NCBI GenBank assembly: GCA_052327205.1
Contig: CM126208.1
Location: 26,288,001-26,352,000, forward strand
DNA length: 64,000 nucleotides
Origin: Somniosus microcephalus
Lineage: Eukaryota
Direction of reading: 5' to 3'
Below are positions 9,946 to 23,576 of the stretch, in pieces. The position numbers and the translations under genes were made by a program. Each line of letters begins with the position of its first letter. Position 1 is the stretch's first letter. Below the pieces are notes generated by a model. It had not been told where the DNA came from. It did not search any database and was given only the letters and a program-made list of their open reading frames with translations.

Positions 9946-12850
9946 CATAGAAACATAGAAGATAGGAGCAGGAGTAGGCCATTCGGCCCTTCGAGCCTGC
10001 TCCGCCATTCAATGAGATCATGCCTGATCATCCAAATTCAGTACCCTGTCCTTGCCTTCTCCCCATATCCCTTGATCCCTTTAGCCTTAAGAAATATATC
10101 CAACTCTTGAATATATTTAATGAACTGGCCTCCACCGCCCTCTGTGGCAGAGAATTCCACAGGTTCACCACTCTCTGGGTGAAGAAATTCCTCCTCATTT
10201 CAGTCCTAAATGGCCTACCCCTTATCCTTAGACTATGACCCCTGGTTCTGGACTCCCCCACCATCGGGAACATCCTTCCAGCATCTAGTCTGTCCAGGCC
10301 TGACAGAATTTTATAGGTTTCGATGAGATCCCCTCTTAATCTTCTAAACTCCAGTGAGTATAAGCCCAATCGACACAATCTCTCCTCATACGTCATTTCT
10401 GCCATCCCAGGTATCAGCCTGGTGAATCTTCACTGCACGCCTTCCATGGCAAGAACGTCCTTCCTCAGATAAGGCGACCAAAACTGCACACAATACTCAA
10501 GGTGCGGTCTCACCAAGGCCCTGTACAACTGTAGTAAGGCATCCTTGTTCCTGTACTCGAACCCTCTTGCTACGAAGGCCAACATTCCATTTGCCTTCTT
10601 AACCGCCTGCTGCACCTGCATGCTTACCTTCAGCGACTGGTGCACAAGAACACCCAGGTCTCTTTGCACTTCCCCTTCTCCCAATCTATTGCCATTCAAA
10701 TAATCTGCCTTCCTGTTTTTGCCACCAAAGTGGATAACCTCACATTTATCCACATTATAGTGCATTTGCCATGTTTCTGCACAATCACCTAACCTGCCCA
10801 AATTGTACTGGAGTTTCATGACCTCCTCCTCACAGCATACCTTCCCACCCAGCTTTGTGTCGTCTGCACATTTGGAGATATTACATCCAATTCCCTCGTC
10901 CAGATCATTAATATATATTGTGAACAGCTGGGGTCCTAGGACCGATCCTTGCGGTACCCCACTAGTCACTACCTGCCACTCGGAAAACGACCCATTTATT
11001 CCAACTCTTTGCTTTCTGTCCGCCAACCAGTTCTCTATCCAAGTCAATACCTTGCCCCCAATCCCATGTGCCTTAATTTTGCACGCTAATCTCTTATGCG
11101 GGACCTTATCGAAAGCCTTCTGAAAGTCCAAATACACCACATCCACTGGTTCTCCCTTATCTACTTTACCAGTTACATCCTCAAAAAATTCCAGTAGATT
11201 AGTCAAGCATGATTTACCTTTTGTAAATCCATGTTGACTTTGTCCGATCCTGTCACTGCTTTCCAAGTGCTCTGCTATTACATCTTTTATAATGGACTCT
11301 AGCATTTTCCCCACTACCGATGTCAGGCTTACCGGTCTATAATTCCCTGCTTTTTCTCTGCCACCTTTTTTGAATAGTGGGGTAACATTAGCTACCCTCC
11401 AATCCATGGGTACTGTTCCAGAGTCTATCGAGTTCTGGAAGATGACCAGCAATGCATCTACTATTTCTAGGGCAACTTCCTTAAATACCCTGGGATGTAA
11501 ATTATCAGGCCCTGGGGATTTATCGGCCTTCAGTCCCATCAATTTTCCTAACACCATTTCCCTACAAATACTGATTTCTTTCAGTTCCTCCCTTTCATCA
11601 GACGCTATGTTCCCCGGCATTTCTGGGAGGTTATTTGTGTCCTCCTTTGTGAAGACAGAACCAAAATATGTATTTAGTTGGTCTGCCATTTCTTTATTCC
11701 CCATTATAAATTCCCCCGATTCTGACTGCAAGGGACCTACGCTTGACTTCACCAATCTTTTTCTCTTCACATATCTATAAAAGCTTTTACAGTCAGTTTT
11801 TATGTTCCCTGCAAGCTTACTCTCATATTCTATTTTCCCTTTCTTAATTAATCCCTTGGTCCTCCTTTGTTGAATCCTAAACTGCTCCCAATCCTCAGGA
11901 TTATTGCTTTTTCTGGTCAATTTGTATGTCCTCTCCTTGGATCTTATGCTATCCCTAATTTCCCTTGTTAGCCACGGTTGAGTCACCTTTTTTTGTTTTA
12001 TTTTTATGCCAAACTGGGATGAACAACTTCTGTAGTTCATCCATTCGGTCTTTGAATGTTTGCCATTGCCTATCTACTGTCAACCCTTTGAGTGCCATTC
12101 CCCAATCAATCCTACCCAACTCGCTCCTCAGACCATCGTAGTTCCCTTTATTTAAATTGAGGACCCTAGTTTCTGAGTCAACTACTTCATTCTCCATCTT
12201 AATGAAGAATTCGATCATATTATGATCGCTCCGACCCAAGGGGCCTCGTACAACAAGATTGCTAATTAATCTTTTCTCGTTACATAATACCCAGTCTAAG
12301 ATGGCCTGATCTCTGGTTGGTTCCTCGACATATTGGTCCAGGAAACCATCCCGTAAACACTCCAGGAATTCCTCCTCCACAGTATTGTTACTAATTTGGT
12401 TAGCCCAATCTATGTGTAGATTAAAGTCACCCATGATGACTGCTGTGCCCTTATTGCACGCTTCTTTAATTTCCCTTTTAATGCCATCCCCAACCTCCAC
12501 CTTACTGTTGGGAGGTCTATATACCACTCCCACTAATGTTTTTTTCCCCTTATTATTTCTCAATTCTACCCATACAGATTCCACATCATCAGAGCTAATA
12601 TCCTTCATTACAATTGTGTAAATCCCTTCTTTAACCAGTAATGCTACCCCACCTCCCTTTTTTGCCTATTTTTCCTGAATATTGAATACCCCTGGATGTT
12701 GAGTTCCCAGTCTTGGCCATCCTTGAGCCACGTTTCCGTAATCCCAACCAAATCATATTCGTTTACCTCTATTTGCGCAGCCAATTCATCCACCTTATTA
12801 CGAATGCTCCTCGCATTAAGACACAAAGCCTTCAGGCTTGTTTTTTTAAC
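9946..12850 (-). mobile_element. CR1 LINE with near-complete ORF2 (AP endonuclease plus RT), frameshifted
   Basis: CLNARSIRNK..GITETWL, GVVYRPP, MGDFN, SDHN (APE). KSPGPD, NYRPVSLTS, LDFQKAFD, GVPQGSVLGP, CADD (RT). Split across ORFs 12644-12862, 11955-12608, 10430-12040 and 10028-10405. TTTCTATG tail. Confidence 0.95.
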
Positions 12851-12984
12851 GCTGAAAACCAAGAGCTGAAAAGTGGGATTATCCTGGGTAGCTCTTTTTC
12901 AGCCAGCACAGACACGATGGGCGGAATGGCCTGTTTCTGTGCCATAAATTTCTATGATAGTAATTATTGCACATGGACTGATCT

Positions 12985-13440
12985 GAGTAAGATTTACATT
13001 TCTATAGCGCCTTTCACAACCTCGGGATGTCCCGACGTGCTTTACAACCAATGAAGTACTTTTTCTGAAGTGTTGTAATGGAGGAAACGCAGCAGCCAAT
13101 CTGCGCACAGCAAGCTCCTGCAAACAGTAATGTGATAACGACCAGATAATCTGTTCTAGATGTTGATTGAGGGATAAATATTGGCCAGGACACCGGGGAT
13201 AACTCCCCCGGCTCTTCTTCGAAATACTGCCATGGGATCCTTTACATCCACCCGAGAGGGCAGACGGGGACCTCGGTTTAACGTCTCATCTGAAAGACGG
13301 CACCTCTGACAGTGCGGCACTCCCTCAGCACTGCACTGGAGTGTTGGCGTAGATTGTTGTGCTCAAGTCTCTGGAGTGGGACTTGAACCTGCGACCTTCT
13401 GACTCGGGCAAGAGTGCTGCCCGCTGAGCCACGGCCGACG
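12985..13440 (-). mobile_element. Deu-domain SINE, near full length
   Basis: Same head, core and tail as the other copies. Confidence 0.8.
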
Positions 13441-13596
13441 CCGAGCTCCCGCAAACAGCAGTGTGATAATGCTCAGACATTGGCCTGGATTTTGAGGTCA
13501 GTGGTGAAGGGACGGCGCTCGCCGCCGACCTTGAAAAGCTGCCCACAGTGACTTAGTCGGCTCTAGAGTGCCGATTTCCTCTATTCTGATGTAACT

Positions 13597-15135
13597 TTGA
13601 ATCAGCAACAACAACTTGTATTTATTTAGCGCCTTTAACGTAGTCCCAAGGTGCTTCACAGGAGTGTTGTAATGAAATCTGTTTGTCTTGATCCTGTATT
13701 CGTTTTGCACTCATGTATATTACCCTCCCCACTGTGTATAGTTTCACTTCCTCTTTCCTGACTAACCTGGGAGGTTCCAGGTCTTGGCTCTTGGCTCCGC
13801 CCCTGACTTCTCTTACATAAGGATCCCAGGATCTGTATGACTCATTCCTGTGAACCAGTCGGTGTGTTGAGATGTTAGCTCTGATCTTAGTGATTAAAAG
13901 CCAACTTGTTTAAGTCTATAACTTCTAGTTTTGTGGTTATTGAAGGCCCATCAAGTGTTAAAAGAAAAAAAAATTGACACCAAGCCACAAGGAGAAATTA
14001 GGGCAGGTGGCCAAAAGCTTGGTCAAATAGGTAGGTTTTTAAGGAGCGTCTTAAAGGAAGAAAGAGAGGTAGCGAGGCAGAGGGGTTTAGGCAGGGAATT
14101 CCAGAGCTTGGGGCCCAGGCAACAGAAGGCATGGCCGCCAATGGTTGAACGATTATAATCAGGGGTCCTCGAGGGCAGAATTAGAGGAGCGCAGATATCT
14201 TTGGGTAGGGGTTGTGGGGCTGGAGGAGATTACAGAGATGGGGAGGGGCGAGACCATGGAGGGATTTGAAAAAAAGGATGAGAATTTTGAAATTGAGGTG
14301 TTGCTTAACCGGGAGCCAATGTAGGTCAGCGAGCACAGGGGTGATGGGTGAACGGGACTTGGTGCGAGTTAGGACACGGGCAGCCGAGTTTTGGATCACC
14401 TCGAGTTTACGTAGGGTAGAATGTGGGAGGCCAGCCAGGTGTGCGTTGGAATAGTCAAGTCTAGAGGTAATGAAGGCATGGATGAGGGTTTCAGCAGCGG
14501 ATGAGCTGAGGCAAGGGCGGAGACGGGCGATGTTAGAGGTGGAAGTAGGCTGTCTTTGTTATGCTGCAGATATGTGGTCGGAAGCTCATTTCAGGGTTAA
14601 ATATGACACCAAGGTTGCGGACAGTGTGGTTCAGCCTCACAGATGTTCGGGAGAGGGATGGAGTCAGTGGCGGGGACTGAAAACAATGGCTTCGGTCTTC
14701 CCAATTGGAGAAAATTTCTGCTCATCCAGAACTGGATGTTGGACATGCAGTCTGACAATTTAGAGACCGTGGAGGGGTCGAGAGAAGTGGTGGTGAGGTA
14801 GAGCTGGATGTTGTCAGCGTACATGTGGAAAATGATGCTGTTTTCTCAGAAGATGTCACCAAGGGGCAATATGTAGATGAGAAATAGGAGGGGGCCAAGG
14901 ATCGATCCTTGGGGGACACCAGAGGTAACAATGCAGGAGCGGGAAGAGAAGTCATTGCAGGTGATTCTCTGGCTACGATTAGATAGATAAGAATGGAACC
15001 AGGCGAGTGCAGCCCCACCCAGCTGGACGACGGTGAAGAAGGATGGATTGGTCAACTGTGTCAAAGGCTGCAGACAAGTCAAGAAGGATGAGGAGAGATA
15101 CTTTACCTTTGTCACAATCACAAAGGATGAATCTT
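13597..15135 (-). mobile_element. L2 LINE 3' part
   Basis: [59 protein letters not shown]; (GTT)n tail. Confidence 0.9.
13668..13953 (+). mobile_element. 286-bp solo LTR inserted in the L2 3' end
   Basis: TGTAATG...CCATCA termini flanked by 5-bp TSD AGTGT (13663-13667, 13954-13958). Internal ATTAAA. Confidence 0.75.
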
Positions 15136-15496
15136 GAGAGAGAAAAGAAAAATAAGAAAATTAACATTTAAAATAAAATAAAAAATCTCTGCACCAATTT
15201 ACTGTGCGCACGAATGAGATTGAACAGTTTAATTGTTCCCTTTTCTGGGCTGGAGAGATTGAGTGGCAATGCAGGTCCATAAATCACCTAACTAAAAGGG
15301 TACTTGCACTGTTAAATCACAACCCTAACTTTCTGTGGTGAGTTTCATTGGCAATTAATGTACAAATCCAGTAATTTCATGAAACTCACGGGGAGCTTGA
15401 GGGCGAGCTGCCATTTTCGCAAGGCGAGTGGTGCAAATCATCCAGCAATATGTGGAGATTCACAATTCACTGCGTAGCTCTTTTTAAAAATTGAAT

Positions 15497-16905
15497 TAGT
15501 TCCTGGGATGTGAGCATCGTTGGCAAGGCCAGCATTTATTGCCCATCCCTAATTGCCCTTGAGAAGGCAGTGGTGAACCGCTGCAGTCCGTGTGGTGAAG
15601 GTACTCCCACAGTGCTGTTAGGGAGGGAGTTCCAGGATTTTGACCCAGCAATGATGAGGGATCAGCAATTTTTTTACAATTCAGGATGGTGTTCCCATGC
15701 GCCTGCTGCCCTTGTCCTGCTAGGTGGGAGGTGCTGACAAAGAAGCCTTGGCGAGTTGCTGCAGTGCATCTTGTAGATGGTACACACTGCAGCCACGGTA
15801 TGCCGGTGGTGGAGGGAGTGAATGTTTAAGATGATTAATGGGATGTCAATCGAGCCGGCTGCTTTGTCCTGGATGATGTCGAGCTTTTTGAGTGTTGGTG
15901 CTGCACTCATCTAGGCAAGTGGAGAGTATTCCATCACACTTCTGACTTGTGCCATGTAGATGGTAGAAAGGCTTTGGGGAGTCAGGAGGTGAGACACTCA
16001 CCGTAGAATACCCAGCCACTGACGCGCTCTTGTAGTCACAGTATTTATGTGGCTGGTCCAGTTAAGTATCCTGTCAATGGTGACCCCCCAGGATGTTAAT
16101 GGTGGGGGATTCGGCGATGCTAATGCCATTGAATGTCATGGGGAGGTAGTTAGACTCTCGCTTGTTGGAGATGGTCATTGCTTGGCACGTGTGTGACGCG
16201 AATATTACCTGCCACTTATCGGCCCAAGCCTGAATGTCGTCCAGGTCTTGCATGCGGGCATGGGCTGCTTCATTATCTGAGGAGTTGCGAATGGAACTGA
16301 ACACTGCAGTCATCAGCGAACATCCCCACTTCTAACCTTATGATGTGGGGAAGGTCATTGATGAAGCAGATGAAGATGGTTGGGCTTGGAACACTGCCCA
16401 AAGGAATTCCTGCAGCGATATCCTGGGGCTGAGATGATTGACCTCCAATAACCACAATCAGCTTCCCTTGTACTGGGTGTGACTCCAGCCAGTGGAGAAT
16501 TTTCCCCCTGATTCCCACCTGGAATTCAGCTCCTTTGTCCATGTTTTGACCAATGCTGTAATGAGGTCGGGAGCCGAGTGGTACTGGCGGAACCCAAACT
16601 GAACAACAGTGAGCAGGTTATTGGTGAGTAAGTGCCATTTGATAGCACTGTCGATGACACCTTCCATCACTTTTCTGATGATTGAGAGTAGACTGATGGG
16701 GCGGTAATTGGCCGGGTTGGATTTGTCCTGTTTTTTGTGGACAGGACATACCTGGGCAGTTTTCCACATTGTCGGGCAGATGCCAGTGTTGTAACTACTG
16801 GAACAGCTTGGCTAGAGGCGTGGCTAGTTTTGGAGCACAGTTCTTCAGCACGACAGCAGGGATGTTGTCGGGGCCTTTGCTGTATCCAGTGTGCTCAGAC
16901 GTTTC
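15497..16905 (-). mobile_element. CR1/L2-group LINE 3' part (a family distinct from the main CR1s)
   Basis: WKTAQVCPVHKKQDKSNPANYRPISLLS, MFADD, LKKLDIIQDKA. Tail GGGCAATTAGGGATGGGCAATAAATGCTGGCC. Confidence 0.85.
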
Positions 16906-17401
16906 TTGATATTTTCCTCGCCACAAGTTGTTGGACGATTCACTCATTAATAACGACGAACGCCATTAAACTCTCTGTTATTTTGGCAGCAAAATCTGGG
17001 CCAGTGTTTGAATAGTTTTCCTGAGATGGGTGAACATCCTTTAACGTCTGCGGTAATGCACTACTTCTCCCCAGTGTCCTGACTTCCAGTAACATCCTCT
17101 CTCTATCCTGCAGAAACAAACTTAACATCTTTCAACATAAATATGTACAAACACATTATAGTTTATATATACAAACTATACAAAAATAATTAAATATATA
17201 AAATGTCAATTACTATTGTAATATAATACTTAAATTTAAACTAATCATGGTAATTTGTGTATATTAGTTCACTAAAGGAATAAAACGAATTATCTAACAC
17301 TTATAGCTTTGATCCATTATATTTTTAAGTCCATGCATAAACTATAAAATATCTCATGGAAAGAAAAGCAGCCTTAATCATCAGCTTAATGACTAGTGTT
17401 A

Positions 17402-17795
17402 GTCAGTGGCTCATTGGTAGACCCTTGCCTCTGAGTCCGAAGGTTGTGGGTTCAAGTCTCACTCCAGAGACTTGTCTCATCTGAAAGATTTTTGTGCTCG
17501 TTAAACCGAGGTCCCGTCTGCTCTCGCTGGTGGACGTAAAAGATATTTCGAAGAAGAGCAGGGGAGTTCGCCCCAGTGTCCTGGCCAATATTTATCCCTC
17601 AATCAACATCACTTAAATCAGATTATCTGGTCATTATCACATTGCTGTTTGTGGGAGCTTGCTGAGCATTAATTGGCTGCCATGTTTCCTACAACAGTGA
17701 CTACACTTCCAAAAAAAAAGTACTTGGCTGTAAAGCGCTTTGGGCCATCCGGTGGTCGTGAAAGGCATGATATAAATGCAAGTCTTTCTTTTCTT
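17402..17795 (+). mobile_element. Deu-domain SINE
   Basis: A/B-box-like head (TGGCTCATTGG...GGTTCAAGTC), Deu core, (CTTT)n tail. Confidence 0.8.
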
Positions 17796-18248
17796 TCCTT
17801 AGTTCAGTTAGGCTTAATGAGTTTTTAATCTGCTCTCCTTGTGTCCGAGAAGGTAGGTACTGCATAGCAGGTAATACCAGTTATAGTCAGGAGTCAAGGT
17901 TTGACATGTGGAAAATGGTGGCCCTACCGTGCAGCACAGAAGGCAGTGTAGGGAGTGGTCATTTTTGCTTTTAATTGGAAACTTGTTTTGTCCCAGACTT
18001 TATTTCAATTTTGTAAACTCAGCTGTTGAAATGAAGGAAGCCTGCAAATGGGCAGCACATTTTCCAGAGCGTTGGACCTAACCGCCTTCCAACAGTCCCT
18101 GTACTTTCATTGAGCAACTTCTGCATTTTAATGTTATCGTTCAGTTATAGTGACTGTAATCTTTCTGATAGCTTATTATTCCTTGAACTTATTTGCTGTA
18201 TGATGCCTAACCATTTCAAGCTATTTTTCAGCAGTATATATTCTTGTA

Positions 18249-18572
18249 CAGGAAACTTCGTGATATCCGGCACCGACGTGATGCCGATCTATGAAAACTT
18301 CCGGATAGACCAGCGCTAATGTTGAAGGATACGGAGGTTTTCATCTCCGTATCTGACAACAAACACTGTTGCTTAGCAACAGCTTGTAAACAGTCGGCCC
18401 GTACCTTGGAAGCGTCTCTAGCTTAGCAACAGCTTCAGAGAGGCTTTCCAGAGACTGACTGACTTTAAAAAATGCTAGGAGAAGAAAAAAAAACTAACAA
18501 AACGGCTGCTGATTTCTGCTGTTAGATCGAGGTTTCCGGCCATACAACCTCCGGATAAACCAAAGTTTCCTG
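18249..18572 (+). mobile_element. TA-targeting MITE (Tc1/mariner-pogo-like), copy A
   Basis: TA|CAGGAAACT...AGTTTCCTG|TA. Confidence 0.8.
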
Positions 18573-18809
18573 TATATAGTTGTTCCTGCTGGTATTTGTA
18601 ATTCATCCCTGTATCCAATCATGTTGTGTAACTTTGTTTTACGTGCCATTTCTTGTCATTCTTCCTGTGCCTCCCCCAACGCACCCAAATTTCATTGTGT
18701 ACACTTAGCACACAATCTAGGCTAACAATGCAGTACTGAGTGATTTCTGCATTCTTGGAGGTTTGAGGTATTAAACTCCCTGTTCAGATGCAAGCAGCAG
18801 ATCCCATAA

Positions 18810-19209
18810 AAGAAAGACTTAGATTTTTGTAGCACCTTTCATGACCACCGGACGTCCCAAAGCACTTTACAGCCAATGAAGTACTTTTGAAGTGTAATCA
18901 CTGTTGTCGGAAATGCGGCAGCCAATTTGCACACAGCAAGCTCCCACAAACTGCAATGTGATAATGAGCAGATAATCTTTTTTTTTTACTAATGTTGATT
19001 GAGGGATAAATATTGGGCAGGACACCAAGGATAACACCCCTGCTCCTCTTCAAAATAGTGCCGCGGGATCTTTTACGTCCACCTGAGAGAGCAGACGGGG
19101 CCTCGGTTTAACGTCTCATCTGAAAGACGGCACCTCCGACAGTGCAGCACTCCCTCAGCACTGCACTGGAGTGTCGGCCCAGATTTCTGTGCTCAAGTCT
19201 CTGGAGTGG
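18810..19209 (-). mobile_element. Deu-domain SINE, head interrupted by an LTR-like element
   Basis: ...AAGTCTCTGGAGTGG resumes at 20334 as GTGGGACTCGAACCCAC. Confidence 0.8.
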
Positions 19210-20333
19210 TGTAGAGATTAGGCCGATTAGTAGCTTTTCTCTAGTCTTCCAAATAATCAGGATCAACTGCAAACCAATATGGTGGGTTTAATCAGAGTTT
19301 AAGATGGAATATAACATGCTGGTGACCAGCAGCTGGTACCGGTCCCGATCGGACAGACTGCTGGCGTGCGTGAACAGTTCTCTGGCTTGTGGCCTCTCTC
19401 CCTCTCGTCTAGAACCTCCGAGTTGGTGAGCATGGGATCACTCTCGAGCATTCGACCAGCCCAACTTCTGCTTGGCTCTGCCCTCCACCGTCTGCACGGA
19501 CAAGCCCCCACGGTGTTACTTTTATTCACTTTATAGGGGTTGGCTTGAGGCCAAATTATCGACAAGACCATTTAACCTATAGAGGTTCCCCATAAACCTC
19601 AGTACCCAATGTGGCATCAAGTTCTTTGTCTCGACTTCGAGATGAAGATCCTCCCTCCAGGAGGGGTCTTCACAATCATTACACATGCTTTATTGTTTAT
19701 ACGTTTTGAAGGCCTCCCTATCGGAATTTCTCTTACCTCCCTTGTCCCTGTCCTCCCTAGTTTGGAGTCAGATAAGCCATTCTCGGCCATCGGATGTTCG
19801 TAACTGCTTGTTATCAGTTATTTATGTTCATGCTGTTCATGCAGCTTTAGCTATGCAAAACTAACTATTGTATTGTCAGTCTATTGTACCATGGACTGGA
19901 TCATTAAATTCCCAAAGATACCTTCTATTCTCATACACTGGTTAACTTACATATTTTAAAGCAGTTTTGTTAAACAAAGTCAAAATCCTAACTTAGGATT
20001 ATAATATGGTTATTAGTAGTAATGGAAGAAATATAGGCATTGGGCCTTGGTTGGTTAAATTAAAGATACATAAAGCAACCTTCCTAGTACACAAACAGCA
20101 GACAGCTAGCCGAGAAGCAAGGTTATATGTGACCGTCACAGTGCAAAATGTTATAACATCCGCAGGGAACCAAAACATAAGCAGACTCTAAGCATCTATC
20201 TAGTTATTCTAACACTAGTCTGAAAGAGACTTTTTGACTCCAGTTCTAATACCATCTTGTAAACACAGCATTATTCGTGTCACAATTTTGTTCGCATAAC
20301 CATATACATTTTGGATACCCCTGATTTCTAATG
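19210..20333 (-). mobile_element. 1124-bp solo-LTR-like element, copy 1
   Basis: 4-bp TSD GTGG (19206-19209, 20334-20337). Inverted homologue of 41128-43320. TATA-like and ATTAAA signals on -. Confidence 0.75.
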
Positions 20334-20696
20334 GTGGGACTCGAACCCACGACTTATCGCTGCTGTTTGTGGGACCACTCTGCACAAATTGGCTGATGTG
20401 TTTGACTACATTTCAGAATAATTATCATTGATTAAAGTCCCTGTAGGGTAGAAGGCCCAAGTTCCTCGGTCTGGGTCTCTCATGTAAGTGGAAAGGATTG
20501 GGTTTATTAATATAAAATGGAAGGTCAAACACATTCTATTGAAAGCGAAAGGACAGCATTCGGTATGTGGAATGACTGAAATAGGTGCAAAACTGGTCTA
20601 GTAGTCAAGGACTGAGAAATGTTTCTCTAACACTTCCCTGTTTTCTTTCCAGTTCTTCATCACTGAACCAGAAATTGTTAGACTGGAAACTTCAAA

Positions 20697-21181
20697 ATGC
20701 AGCGGTACTTCGTTCAGGCTGTCCTCTGGCACTCGAAACGAGCTTGCAGTGCCCGACCATGTGTCACTCGCATATTTCCAGCTGCGTGTGGGAAAATGCC
20801 TCTTATACCACACCGCGGGCAACTCCTGCACACATCGTGGCCAGTCATTGCCTCCGAACAGAAAAGGCCAAATCTGCAGGAAGAACCCTTCTCCACACAG
20901 CTCAAGGGCATCGACCAAACCAAACTACAGGAGCCCAAGACTTTGCCGGGGAACGACCCACAGCAAGATACCTTGTCGGACTCGGTTCAGGAAACGTACT
21001 TTTCCCACACAAAACTGACTCAAGAGGCAGCAGCTGTGGAAACGGATCCCCTTCAGGACCCTTCAATCGGGCTCTTTCAACGATTCAAAAAGACATTCAA
21101 ACAGTATGGGAAAGTCATGATCCCAGTGCATCTGCTAACGTCCACTATATGGTTTGGTACATTTTATTATGCAGCAATTAA
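20697..21181 (+). CDS. FAM210A: FAM210A first coding exon (exon begins at 20653); mitochondrial DUF1279 protein
   Basis: Acceptor TTTTCTTTCCAG (ends 20652), AAAATGC start, basic presequence-like N-terminus, DPLQDPSIGLFQRFKKTFKQYGKVMIPVHLLTSTIWFGTFYYAAIK matching FAM210A. Phase-2 donor AA|GTAAGT. Confidence 0.93.
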
Positions 21182-21283
21182 GTAAGTAAGTTGCAAGTTA
21201 TGTCCACCCGTGGGTTTTAAGCTTTCAAAAACTCTCTAGGTTGGAAACACCTATTTATTGGAGCCATCCTCCAAAATCTAGTA

Positions 21284-21611
21284 CAGGAAACTTTGTGATA
21301 TCCGGCACCGATGGGACCGAGCTGTTGCTGTCCCATTAAAACTGCCGGACAAACCAGCGCTAATGTTAAAACATACAGAAGCTTTTGAGCTCCGTATCTA
21401 GCAACAAACCCTGCAACAGCTTCTAAACAGTCGGCCGTAGCTTGCAAGCGTCTCTGTAGCTAAGCAACAGCTTTAGCTAGACCTTGCAGAGCCTGACTAG
21501 TGGGAAAAAAAAGCAATGAAAAGAAAAAAAGCTTACTGAACCGACTCCTGAATTTTGCCGGTGGCTCGAGCATTCCGGACAGTTAACCTCCGGATAAACC
21601 AAAGTTTCCTG
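21284..21611 (+). mobile_element. TA-targeting MITE, copy B
   Basis: TA|CAGGAAACTTT...AAAGTTTCCTG|TA; homologous to copy A. Confidence 0.8.
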
Positions 21612-22019
21612 TATTGGGAATTGTTTTTTATAAATTGCTCTGAGAATTTTATTTATTTTTAAAGCTAATAGGATTATGAGTTAAAAATTTGCCGAACCCA
21701 GAATCAGCGCTGTAAGCACCTCTGCGGTGAGACATAAGAACGTAAGAATTAGGAGCAGGATTGGCCATATAGGGCCCCTCGAGCCTGCTCCGCCATTCAG
21801 TAAGATCATGGCTGATCTTCGACCACAACTCCACTTTCCCGCCCGATCTTCATATCCCTTGGCTCCCCTAGAGTTTAAAAAATCTATCGATCTCAGCCTT
21901 GAATATACTACCACAGCCCTTTGGGGTAGAGAATTCCAAAGCTTCACAACCCTCTGAGTGAAAAAATTCCTCCTCATCTCAGTCTTAAATGGCTGGCCCC
22001 TTATCCTGAGACTATGCCC

Positions 22020-22672
22020 TAAGAAGGCAAATGGTATGTTGGCCTTCATAGCGAGAGTGTTTGAGTACAGGAGCAAGGATGTCTTGCTGCAGTTGTACAG
22101 GGCCTTAGTGAGACCACACCTTGCGTATTGTGTGCAGTTTTGGTCGCCTTATCTGAGGAAGGATGTTCTTGCCATGGAGGGAGTGCAGCGAAGATTCACC
22201 AGACTGATACCTGGGATGGCAGGAATGACGTATGAAGAGACATTGGGTCGATTAAGCTTATATTCGCTAGAGTTTAGAAGAATGAGAGGGGATCTCATTG
22301 AAACTTATAAAATTCTTACAGGACTGGACAGACTAGATGCAGGAAGGATGTTCCCGATGGCGGGGGAGTCCAGAACCAGGGGTCACAGTCTAAGGATAAG
22401 GGGTAAGCCATTTAGGACAGAGATGAGGAGGAATTTCTTCACCCAGAGAGTGGTGAACCTGTGGAATTCTCTACAGACAGTTGAGGCCAATTCATTAAAT
22501 ATATTCAAGAAGGAGTTAGATATATTTCTTACGGCTAAAGGGATCAAGGGATATGGGGAGAAAGCAGGGACAGGGTACTGAATTTGGATGATCAGCCATG
22601 ATCTCATTAAATGGCGGAGCAGGCTCGAGGGGCCGAATGGCCTACTCCTGCTCCTATCTTCTATGTTTCTAT
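22020..22672 (+). mobile_element. CR1 LINE 3' fragment nested in another CR1
   Basis: KKANGMLAF...GYGEKAGTGY; CTATGCCC repeated at both junctions. Confidence 0.9.
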
Positions 22673-23576
22673 GCCCCCCTAGTTCTAGACACTCCAGTCA
22701 GGGGAAACAACCTCTCCGCATCTGCCCCTGTCAATCCCCTTCAGAATCTTGTATGTTGCAATGAGATCACCTCTCATTCTTCTAAACTCCAGAGAGTATA
22801 GGCCCAATCTACTCAATCATCACAGGACAGCCCCTCTCATCCCAGGAATCAATCGAGTGAACCTTTGTTACACCGCCTCCGATGTGGAGACCAAAACTGT
22901 GCACAGTACTCCAGGTGTGGTCTCACCAAGGCCCTGTACAATTGTAGCAAGACTTCCTTACTCTTATACTCCAACCCCCTTGCAATAAAGGTCAACATGC
23001 CATTTGCCTTCCTAATTGCTTGCTGTACCTGCATGCTAACTCTGTTTCCTATACGAAGACACCTAAATCTCTCTGAATACCATTTTAAAAATATTCTGTT
23101 TTTCTATTCTTCCTACCAAAGTGAATAATCTCTCATTTCCCCACATTATATTCCATCTGCCACCTTATTGCCCACTCACTTAACCTGTCTGTATCCCATT
23201 GCAGCCTCTGTGTTCTCCTCACAGCTTACTGTCCCACCTACCTTTGTATCATCAGCAAACTTGGATACATTACACTCATCCCCTCATCTAAGCCATTAAT
23301 ATATATAATAAAAATAGCTGAGGCCCCCCAAGCACTAATCCTTGCTGTACCCCACTAGTTACAGCTTGCCAACCTGAAAATGACCCGTTTATTCTTGCTC
23401 TGCTTTCTGTCCATTAGCCAATTCTCTATCCATGCTATCAATCCCGTGAGCCCTAATTTTGTGTAGCAACCTCTTATGTGGCACCTTATCAAATACTTCT
23501 TGAAAATCCAAATACACTACACCCACTGGTTCCCCTTTATCTACCCTGCTGGTTATAACCTCAAAAATTCAACATA

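Noticed and set aside
10430-12040. 536-aa ORF as a host gene or an active LINE
   Set aside because: It is CR1 ORF2 with frameshifts, a premature stop, a CADD instead of FADD motif and no ORF1.
17402-17470. tRNA gene
   Set aside because: The A/B boxes belong to a SINE head that continues into the Deu core; no complete cloverleaf.
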